A stretch of 64,000 bases of DNA, taken from assembly GCF_009914755.1 (NCBI RefSeq), contig NC_060944.1, one strand, 5' to 3'. The notes below the pieces were generated by a model. That model saw only the letters and a program-made list of their open reading frames with translations, was not told the DNA's origin and ran no database searches. This DNA comes from the human T2T-CHM13v2.0 reference genome, Homo sapiens. Position numbers and translations under genes: made by a program. The number at the start of each line of letters is the position of its first letter. Position 1 is the stretch's first letter. Shown piece by piece: positions 53,020 to 64,000 of the stretch.

Positions 53020-53325
53020 TCTCTCTCTCTTTCTTTCTCTCTCTTTGAGACAGGGTCTCACTCTGTCACCCAGGCTGGAGTGCAGTGGTGCGAAATAGCT
53101 CACTGCAGCATCAAACTCCTGGGCTCAAGCTATCCTTCCATTCTCAGCCTCCCAATTAGCTAGGATTACAGGCATGCACCACCATGCCTGGCTGATGAAA
53201 AATTTTTTTTTTTGGTAGAGACAGGGTCTCCCTGTGTTGTCCAGGCTGGTCTCAAATCCTGGCCTCAAATAACCCTTCTGCCTCAGTCTCCCAAAATGCT
53301 GGGATTATAGAGCCACCAGTCCAAC
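53020..53325 (-). mobile_element. AluJ-like
   Basis: Alu consensus, reverse. Confidence 0.87.
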
Positions 53326-53966
53326 TCCATTCTTTTAAATAGCTGCATGGTACTCCATGGTATAGATGTGCCAAAGTTATTCAGCTAGTCTGCTACGGAT
53401 GGAAATTTAAGTTGTTTCTAGTCTTTTGCTATTACCAACGATGCTGCAATGAATAGCATGTATCATTTTATTGGCTTGCCAATATGTATTTTAAGTGGAA
53501 TTGCTGGCTCAAAGGTAACTACATATATGATTCCACTACATGCTCCCAAATTCTCCTCCAAAGGGGTTGTGCCATTTTTTATTCTCATCATCAATGTATG
53601 AGACAGACTTGCCAACAGTGTGTGTTGTCATCCTTTGTAATTTTTGTCAGTCTGATAAATGAGAAACAATATTTCAGTATTGTTTTAACTTGTATTTTTC
53701 TTATTGTGAGGTTGAGCATCTTTTTATATGGTACAAACCATTTGAATTTCTTTTTCTGAAATTTTCTGTTTATTTTCCTGGCCCATTTTTCTAAAAAGGG
53801 CATTGGCATTTTTCTTCTCTATGTCTACAAGCTCTTTCTACATAGGATGTCAACCCTGTGCCTTGATGTAAGTAGCAAAATTATTTTCCCAGTTTGTCAT
53901 TTGTCTTTTTACTTTGCTAATGGTATTTTTGACATGTAAAAGCTTTTAATATTTATTTTTAGGTAA

Positions 53967-54373
<407 letters not shown>

Positions 54374-54979
54374 TGTTTCATATTTTTTAGATAGAAATCT
54401 TTCATCAATTTAGAATTTATTCTGATGCATAGCGTGAAGAATAGTTTCAATTAAAAACTTTTCCAAGTGACTGCCTAGTCCTAAATCAAATACCTTTTTG
54501 CTACTAAAGCAGCTAAGATCCTGCCTTTATCATATACTAAATTTTAATATGCAGCTGTTTCTATATTTATGTATTTATTTATGTGTTTTTAAAGGAGAGT
54601 ATATGGATGGTACATTTTGGGCCCCTGTAGCATAACTCTATGTTGCCTTTATACATCTTAGCTTGTTATAAAATTCTCAGTTCATTGCCTCCCCTCTGCA
54701 CCTCACCCCTTAGGCAGACATTTAGATTCAGGCATAAGCATTGTAGAGAAGTCCTTGTCTTAAAAAAAAAGTACCTTCCTACCTCTTTTCAGGTATTATA
54801 TCTTTTGGTAGGTGAAACTTGGATGGTTTTGTCTGTTTTAGGTTTGCTCCATCTGCCTTACAGTAAAAGCAGTTTCTGTTATTAAGCATCTGTTGAATTT
54901 GAGGAATGCTGAAAAGTAATCTGGTAAAAAGTATCTTCCTCAATTTTGAATCCATTTTGGATATAGTCTCAAATTGAGC

Positions 54980-56090
54980 AAATAAGCAAATGTGTTAATG
55001 TCTTTAGGAGCCAGGGTTCTCACTGTGGGAGAAGGAATATATAAATATGGAACAGGATAAAGCAAGGAATAACCCTGTAGGGATGAACTGGAATTGGAGT
55101 TATTGGTATAAATTCATGATTTCTAAAATAGGTATGTGCATGTTTATGTGCATAAATATATAGGTATGTGTATATATGTGTGTATTGCATGTATATGTAT
55201 GCGTACATATATATATACATGCATATATTTCCTAGCTCTTTCCCCTACAAGGGCCAAGAAGGAAAGATGCCCCAATAGCAATGAGCAAACCTACAGACCA
55301 AATCTTGGTCTCTAATACTATTTTCCATTAAAAGGAAAAATAGGGCTTTATGGACAAATGGCTGATTCCAGGGCTGGGGCAGGGTAAGTGCCAGATGATC
55401 CTGAATCATCTTGTTATGCCAGCAAATAAAGTAGTGCTCAAACAAATCATGAGTCACGTCCCAAGGACACAGGAGCCAGCCTTACATGGTTCCCATTGGC
55501 CAACTCTGGAACAATTTGAGGACCAAAATAATTAAGTATAGTAAGGAATTTTTCTAAGTAGGAATTCATGATTACCTGCTGATAATAGTTGGATTAATAA
55601 ACAGAGGCAAAGGAAGGTCTTGCTTGCAGTAGAATGCTGAGCTGTAAGTATGGAGGGAGTGTAGGAGTTGGAAAATCATCATTTTTCAATAATTATGGTA
55701 AAGATGAGATCAGGCAAGAATCATTAATGGGTGCTAAATCTAGGGGGAAATTTTGGTGAGGGACTGTATATTTGTATGGTCTTAAAGTGTCTCCTCACAG
55801 ACTGCTTATTAGTTACTAGGAGAAAATTAAACCCCAGTAATTATTCAGTGGAGAAATGTGGGCAATGTCTTGCCCAGGTGATCAAAATTAACAGCACCAA
55901 TTGAGGGGAAGACAGACACTGTGTGCCTTCAAATGCAATACCCTGAGAAGGACATGACATCACCTGTGCAGTATTCTGGCTGAGTAGTTTTAGAGGATTC
56001 TCTAATAGTCATTAGAATATTTTCACTATAATCTCAAGGAAACATCAGACAAACACAAAATTAGGAGAATTTCATTTAAAAGGAGTACCT
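54980..56090 (+). mobile_element. L1MC-type 3' region
   Basis: ggagccagggttctcactgtgggagaagg and L1MC-like motifs. Confidence 0.6.
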
Positions 56091-56143
56091 GCTACTGGAG
56101 GAAACCAAACCAAACCATTTGTGTTTAATGGAACTTACTGTAG

Positions 56144-56368
56144 AGCAAGCTCATCCAATCCATGGCTCATGGGCTGCATGTGGCCCAGGGTGGCTTCAAA
56201 TGCAGTCCAACATGAATTTGTAAGCTTTCTGAAAACATTATGAGATTTTTCTTGTGACTTTCTTTTTAGCTCATCAATTATCGTTAGTGTTAGTGTATTT
56301 TATGTGTGGCCCAAGACAATCCTTCTTCTTCCAGTGTGGCCCAGGGAAGCCAAAAGATTGGACATCCT
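56144..56368. mobile_element. MER30 DNA transposon
   Basis: tgtggcccaagacaatccttcttcttccagtgtggcccagggaagccaaaagattggaca. Confidence 0.85.
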
Positions 56369-56651
56369 ACTGTATAGAGTGAGGGAGGCACATCATCACA
56401 TGAATGGTTGTATAATTAAACTCATATTAGGCATCATTAAACTTCTGTTTGTAGTTGGATATACTTCCCTTAGGAGCTGGGGAAGACATTTTATTTTGGA
56501 AATGGCTCATGCATTGTTTAGAATTTTTTTTTAAATAAAGCACTTAACACATGCCAAATACAAGAAGTAGGAAGAACATTTACATGATCTTTGGGAAGAC
56601 AGTATTAAGTAAAGGTGAAACCAAGAAGTAATAGTTTCTGCCTTCTTTGAT

Positions 56652-56970
56652 TTTTTAATTTAATTTAATTTTTTTTTTTTTTTTTTTGAGATGGAGTTTG
56701 GTTCTTGTCACCCAGGCTGGAGCGTGGTAGCGTGATTTCGGCTCACTGCAACCTCTGCCTCCAGGGTTCAAGTGATTCTCATGCCTCAGCCCCCTGAGTA
56801 GCTGGGACTACAGGCACCCGCCACCACGCCTGGCTAATTTTGTATTTTTTAGTAGAGATGAAGTTTCACCATGTTGGCCAGGCTGGTTTCGAACTCCTGA
56901 CCTCAAGTGATCTGCCCACCTCGGCCTCCCATAGTTTTGGGATTATAGGCGTGAGCCACTGTGCCTGGCC
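56652..56970 (-). mobile_element. AluS
   Basis: Alu consensus, reverse. Confidence 0.9.
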
Positions 56971-57186
56971 TGATTTTTTAATTTTAAAGAAGACAGAACA
57001 AATACAGGAACATGCAAGAAGGTTTGACTGTAACATGTTTTGTGGATTTCTTCCTAATCACTGCTTTCTGTTGGCTATGCTTTTGTGCTCAGAAAACACC
57101 TGAAAATGGTAGTTGCTTACACAATCAGATGCTTGACAATAATCCCAGGAAAATTATCCTTATCTTTCTTTTATAATGAATTCCAG

Positions 57187-57475
57187 GAACAATCAGGTCA
57201 ATGGAGCATCTTCGGTGCTGTTGAGAACTACCAATTTTGTGACAATCATTGAAATTGTGCTGCATTACAGTGTCTTTGAGGACATACAAACAAACCAGTA
57301 TGTAAATAACATTATTTCTCTTTTCAGCTGTGGTTTTCTTTTTCCGTGTTAATCAAATCCAGTGTTATTGAAGACAATATGGCATAGAAAATTATATCTG
57401 ACTTTTTTCCTCAGGTGGTTATTATTTTACAATTATCTACCAAAATAGAGGTCAATATTTCATCAGTTTCCATAT
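57187..57475 (+). pseudogene. Two candidate small relic exons (57187-57297, 111 nt; 57415-57475, 61 nt)
   Basis: ttccag|...CCA|gtatgt and ttttttcctcag|...T|gtgaga; phase-0 reading EQSGQWSIFGAVENYQFCDNH*NCAALQCL*GHTNKP then VVIILQLSTKIEVNISSVSI; another frame of the first exon is fully open. Confidence 0.42.
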
Positions 57476-57610
57476 GTGAGACATTGTCCTCCTGTGTTAT
57501 TTACAATACATGAAAGCCTACTTAGCAAACATGAAGAAATAAAATACATTTGGCAATCAAAAATTGGAACATGACTGCCTGTTACTAAATAAGATGAGCT
57601 AGGGCTGTGA

Positions 57611-57999
<389 letters not shown>

Positions 58000-58039
58000 T
58001 AAAGTAGAAAAAGCAGTGGGCTCAAAAGGCTGCTCCCAA

Positions 58040-60090
58040 CTGCCTAGGTGACCTTAGACAAGTCTTCATACCTCTCTGAGTCTCAGTTTTCTCACCTGCA
58101 AGTTGAAGGGTTTATAATGGATGATTTGTGAGGTCTCTCAAGGAGTTTAATACAGTGGTTATGCAGCCTACAGGGTCACACCCAGTGCAGAGCACAGCTC
58201 ACCTGGCAGAGGCTGGAGAATGGGGACAAAAGAATAGGATGAAAATCTTTGGAGAGAATTGAATGATCACCTCTACCACTCTTGCAAGTCAGGGTGTATC
58301 CCACCTCTTCCAGAAAGTCAGGTTCCAGAGAAGACAGCAGGAAAGAGGAAGGTAGGACGTCAGGATAGTGCAGGATACCAGACAGGAGTCAGGGCAGGAA
58401 AGAGGTAAGAAGCAAAGTGAAAGCCAAGACTTTATATATGGAACCAACCGAAAATGAGCTGTAGAAAAAGGAATGAAGAGCTGTAATTGGGCTAATAACA
58501 AAGGCATTTCAAATAAGATTGGCAGACTTTGCTAGAGATGCCTCAGGGCAACCAGAGTAATTGCAGCGTGCAGAAATGAAAGTCCTTTTAAACTTCTGTT
58601 GACAGCCTACAATGTGCTTGGGAGTTGCTGGAAATAAAAAAACTGAATCAAACATAGCCCTGCCTCTTAGGAGTTTAAAATTTGGAGGGAGAGACAGGTA
58701 TGTATGCCACTAACCGAGCTATCCTTTAGTTTGCAAATGGCACTAAAACAGCGGTTCAAATCAAGTGCTGTGGGAACACAGAAAATTAAATATGGTTGAA
58801 TTAAATCTGATAGGAAGGATAAGGAAAGACTTGATAATGGAAGTGATATTTAAACTGGGCCTTGAGAAATGAGTAGGAACATCAGGTGGAATGCTAGGGG
58901 AGGGTAGAAAGGACAGCACATGCAGAAGAGTGAGAGAATGAGATGGTACGATGTGTCTGCCACCCAGTGAGAAGCCGAGTGTAACTGGAGTGGAGGGAGC
59001 ACTAGGTAAGTCGTAGAGGTAAAGCCAGAAGACACACTGCCCCTGGATGGGGAAGGGCTCTGACTCTTAATTTAAAGAATGTGGGCCACAATCCAGTAAG
59101 AGACTGGATGGTGTCATTAGTATCAGCCACTTGGGCAGGTTTCTAGCCAGCCAGGCCCAGCCCGTTAGAGGCTAAGGGTGGAGGAGAGGATGGGCTAGCA
59201 GAGGGAGGGAGGAAAAGAGAGGAGTTAAATCAGTCTTGCAGTTTGAAGCTAGAAAGAGTGGTTAGGAATTTTAGTGAAATTCCTAAAGAAGAAGGAGATG
59301 GTTTGAAGAGAGAGAGATAATAAAGTAATTTGGGTAAAGTTGGAAACATCCATGAGAGACTTACCATTAGGATATTGATAATGTCATTCTGGAACTTGAG
59401 CGAGAGCCAGGGCTGGGTTTAACTACTTGGGAATGGAGGAGGTACTGAGGTTTACTCAGACCTGATGCCCCTCATTGCTTTCCATAAAGAATGTGGTGAT
59501 GTCAGCCACGTATATGCCTGGTCCTGTGGAGATGAAACTGTCATAATTCCTGCCTTTGGGTGGGTGGTGAGATAGATGATAACTAACTTTGGTGCCAAAT
59601 ACTGTGGTGAGTGCTAGGTGTAGGTCCACAGTCCCTCATCTGGAAGACTTGAGGCAGATGTGTTAGGAAATTCAGAATTTAAGGCAATATGCTACATGTA
59701 CTATATTTTACATAACTCTCCAGTGGGATCTGGACCAGCATGCAGTAATCAAACCCAATTTTGATTTCTAAAGTAAAGCCAGTGTTTCTAAATTGAAGCA
59801 TGAATATCTGTATTTGACTACAAAGAGTCTCATGTCAGTTCAGATTAGGTCAGGCCACCAAAAAAGTTTGCATCAAAATTACAAAAAAACTTTTAGTTTT
59901 CAGAGCATTTTACATTTCTGAATTGTGAACAAAGTAGTGTGGATCTGTTGAAAGTCTTATGAGAGCAAATACTTCCAACGTGAGTCAAAGAAGGCTTTGC
60001 AAAGGAGACAGCAGTTGAGCAGGGTCTTGAAGAAAGCGTAGGCTCTCAATTAGCAGAAAATAGGAATCAGAGGTAGGATAAAGGAGATGG
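58040..60090. mobile_element. MIR/L2 remnants and a MER96-like DNA element (~59620-59950)
   Basis: ctctctgagtctcagttttctcacctg (MIR core); purine-rich L2-like tracts. Confidence 0.5.
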
Positions 60091-60094
60091 CATT

Positions 60095-61698
60095 TCTTTT
60101 TTTTTTCTTCAACTTTTATTTTAAGTTCCAGGGTACATGTGCAGGATGTGCAGCCTTGTTACATAGGTAAATGTGTGCCATGGTGGTTTGCTGCACAGAT
60201 CAACCCATCACCTAGGTATGAAGCCCAGCATTCAGTAGCTATTCTTCCTGATGCTCTTCCTCCCCCCACCCCACCGACAGGCCCCAGTGTGTGCTGTTCC
60301 CCCCATGTGTCCATGTGTTCTCATCATTCAGATCCCACTTACAGATGAGAACATGCAGTGTTTGGTTTTCTGTTCCTGCATTAGTTTGCTCAGGATAATG
60401 GCTTCAGCTCCATCCATGTCCCTGCAAAGGACATGATCACGTTTCCTTTTATGGCTGCATAGTATTCCATGGTGGATATGTACCACATTTTCTTTATCCG
60501 GTCTATATTGATGGGCATTTGGGTTGATTCCATATCTTTACTATTGTGAATAGCACTGCAGTGAACACACATGTGCATGTGTCTTTATAGCAGAATGATT
60601 TATATTCCTTTGGGTATATACCCAGTAATGGGATTGCTGGGTCAAATGGTATTTCTGCCTCTAGATCTTTGAGGAATCACCACACTGTCTTCCACAATGG
60701 TTGAACTAATTTACACTCCTACCAACAGTGTAAAAGCATTCCCTTTTCTCTGCAACCTCACCAGCATCTGTTGTTTCTTGGCTTTTTAATAATTGCCATT
60801 CTGACTAGAATGAGATAGTGTCTTATTGTGGTTTCGATTTGCATTTCTCTAATGATCAGTGTTTGTAGGCCACACGAATGTCTTCTTTTGAGATGTGTCT
60901 GTGGGTTTTTTTTTCTTGTAAATTTGTTTAAGTTTCTTATAGACTGGATATTAGACCTTTGTCAGATGGATAGATTGCACAAATTTTCTCCCATTTTATA
61001 GGTGTCTGTTCACTCTGATGGTAGTTTTCTTTTGCTGTGCATAAGCTTTTTAGTTGATTTAGAGCCCACTCATCAATTTTTGCTTTTGTTGCAATTGCTT
61101 TTGGTGTTTTCATCATGAAATCTTTGCCCATTCCTATGTCTAGAAGGGTATTGCCTAGGTTGCCTTTTAGGGTTTTTATAGTTTTTGGGTTTTAATTTAA
61201 GTCTTTAATTCATCTTGAGTTAATTTTTGTATATGGTATAATCAAGGGGTCCACTTTCAATTTTCTGCGTATTGCTAGCCAGTTCTCCTAGCACCATGTA
61301 TTGAATAGGCAATCCTTTCCTCATTGCTTGTTTTTTTTAGGTTTGTCAAAGATCAGGTGGTTGTAGGTGTGTGGTTTTGTTTCTGAGTTCTCTATTCTGT
61401 TCCTTGGTCTATGTGTCTATTTTTATACTAGTACCATGTTGTTCTGGTTACTGTAGCCTTGTAGTATAATTTGAAGTTGGGCAGCATGATGCATCCAGCT
61501 TTGTTCTTTTTGCTTAGGCTTGTCTTGGCTATTTGGTCTCTTTTTTGATTCCATGTGAATTTTAAAATAGTTTTTTCTAATTCCGTGAGAATGTCAATGG
61601 TAGTTTAATGGGAGTAGCATTGAATCTGTAAATTTCTTTTTCATTATATTGATTCTTCCTATCCATGAGCATGGAATGTTTTTCCATTTGTTTGTGTC
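60095..61698 (-). mobile_element. 5'-truncated L1PA (older primate subfamily)
   Basis: Reverse L1 3' UTR and ORF2 end; G(G/A)CATTTC direct repeats. Confidence 0.9.
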
Positions 61699-62474
61699 AG
61701 AGAGGACATTTCAATAGAGGGAAGAACTGGAGCGAGGGTACAGGGGAAGGAAAATCCCTGGTTTGTGTGGGTCATTTTGGCTAGTCTTGGATTACTGGAC
61801 CATAGGACTCATGGGAACGAATGGCAGGTTCAGGTGGGTTGTAACTTGAACATTAAGAACTTTTAACAATCTTTGGCAAGATTGAAACTTGAAATTTTAT
61901 CCTGCCACTAGTGGAGAATGTCATGACCACATCTGCCATCTCTGCATTTGGAAAGGGGAACCCGGTCTTGTTTGGTTCTTGCTCTGTGCCAGTGCAGAGG
62001 GTTGATTAGAATGGAGGGAGACTGAGGTAGGGAGGCAGTAGGCATCATGGAAGAGAAGGATGATGTGTGCTGGTGCAAGCTCAGTCATGGAGAGGATGGA
62101 AATTTGAGATCCGTGCATCAGCAATTTTGAGAGCCAAGTTAGAATCAATGGGACTCGATGAGTAATTGAATAGACGGGGTGGAGGAAAAGGAGATTCAAA
62201 GATTGATTCCTGGCTGAAGCTCAAGGACAGAAAGCAGGACAGTATAGTGAGTGATGAAGATTGAGTGCTCAGGAATCCATCCTGGGCTTATATCTCAGCT
62301 GTCACTTCCTACAGGAAATAGCTTAAACTTCTCCTCATCTACAAAGGAAAATAATAATGGCATCTTCCTAGGAGGATAAAAATATGGCATAAATGAGTTA
62401 ATCTATGTGAATACTAATCACAGGGACTGACACATAAGAAACATCATAGCTCACATGTTTGTGAATCTTGATGA

Positions 62475-62825
<351 letters not shown>

Positions 62826-63129
62826 TAATTCTGAAATTGTTTATAGATTAACTTGTAGTTATAATATCTGTAAAGTAGTAGTCCTCAAGGAGGACCTGTA
62901 GTCTTTTCTGTCCTTAAGGTTCTGCAATTACATGAAAGTTTCTTATGTTTACCTCTTTGAATATTTAATATATCTAATTTTTTCTCAAAAATATGGGCCG
63001 AGTAGACAAAAGTCTGTCAATATACTCTTATCTGTTTCCTGGCTGTAAGAAAACATATGTACTCTATTTTTCTATCTATAATATGAACTTAAAAAAAGCA
63101 ACCAATTGCCAAAACACTGTTATTATTGA

Positions 63130-63790
63130 AAAAAAATTAAATATTACTGGAGGTGGCAGGGACTGTGGGTTGAAGTTAAGGGAAATAAAAAGAACTCCTC
63201 ATGGACAGAATTTTGTGAAGGTGAAATTCAGAAAACTAGTTACAGATATTCAAAATGGTATTGATCAATATGACAAATGCTGAAAGATGATTTGGAATTT
63301 CAATCTGGTTGGAGAGCTGCTTGTCAATTAGGCTGTCATAAGGATTCCTGTGTGGCTTGGCCTCTTTAAAATTCTTCAAAAGAATTACATAGTCTCCTGG
63401 ATGAAAAATATATCACTGGACTCCTACCTATCAAGCAGTGTCCAGCTCTCCAGAGCTTAGGTCAGATAGCTTGATGCTCAGTGCTATCTGAAGCAGATGT
63501 GATGGAGGCTTTGTGAGCATCCTTCAGAAAGCATTTGCTGCAGGAAAACGGGAAAGTTGATTCAGAGGTTGATCATGGTGTGCCTGAAGTGGAACTTAAG
63601 CAAATTGTTGAAAAATTTCAAAAATCACTGACCACACTCAAATACTTAATCAGGAAAGAATTGCAGTTTACTGAGACCCCAGGTAGAAAATTCAAATGCA
63701 GACTGAGAAACACATGGGAGAAAGTCTGTGGCAATTACGTTTCACATATGTTGAGTTATGTAAACTTACAAACATTTGGGATTGAGAACT
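63130..63790 (+). pseudogene. Candidate large relic coding exon (~220 codons in one frame)
   Basis: GLWVEVKGNKKNSSWTEFCEGE...SVLSEADVMEAL*ASFRKHLLQENG...; 5 internal stops (4 TGA, 1 TAA) in AT-rich DNA; boundaries uncertain. Confidence 0.5.
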
Positions 63791-64000
63791 AGTGTTATCT
63801 ATAAAATATTTTCTCTTAGGTGGCACATTGATTGCATTATTTTTACAAATCTCACATCATCTTTAGCAAAGTATTCTGCATTTGGAAAACTTTCTAATAT
63901 AATGTTCTAATATTTTCTAGAGTTAAAAGATGTTTTTGGATTTTTTTTTCGTTTTGAAATGCAATTCATACACCTATTTTATAAATAAAGTAGTGGTGAC

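Overview
Human/primate genomic DNA recognisable as the NKX2-4 locus. Positions ~1-2700 hold the two-exon NK2 homeobox gene NKX2-4 on the minus strand (354 aa when spliced) inside a CpG island. The other ~61 kb is dominated by transposons: about 30 Alus; a near full-length L1MA-type element (15060-30772) hosting a rearranged full-length L1PA, a complete MSTA LTR-int-LTR element, several Alus and a 3'-truncated 7SK retrocopy; plus older L1M, L2, MIR, LTR and MER DNA transposon fragments. The main candidate discovery is a series of about 15 plus-strand segments in the unique DNA between repeats. Most have a polypyrimidine/AG acceptor and a GT donor, and keep one reading frame with few stops, often TGA. 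This suggests a decayed multi-exon protein gene (unitary pseudogene, possibly now a lncRNA) head-to-head with NKX2-4. The L1MA insertion appears to separate one exon from its splice acceptor. This is inferred from manual translation; I could not identify the protein family. Two complex L1 events are also reconstructed: a chimeric L1 with a deletion and a 3' transduction, and a twin-primed inverted transduction carrying an Alu. Repeat subfamily calls and boundaries are by eye and approximate.
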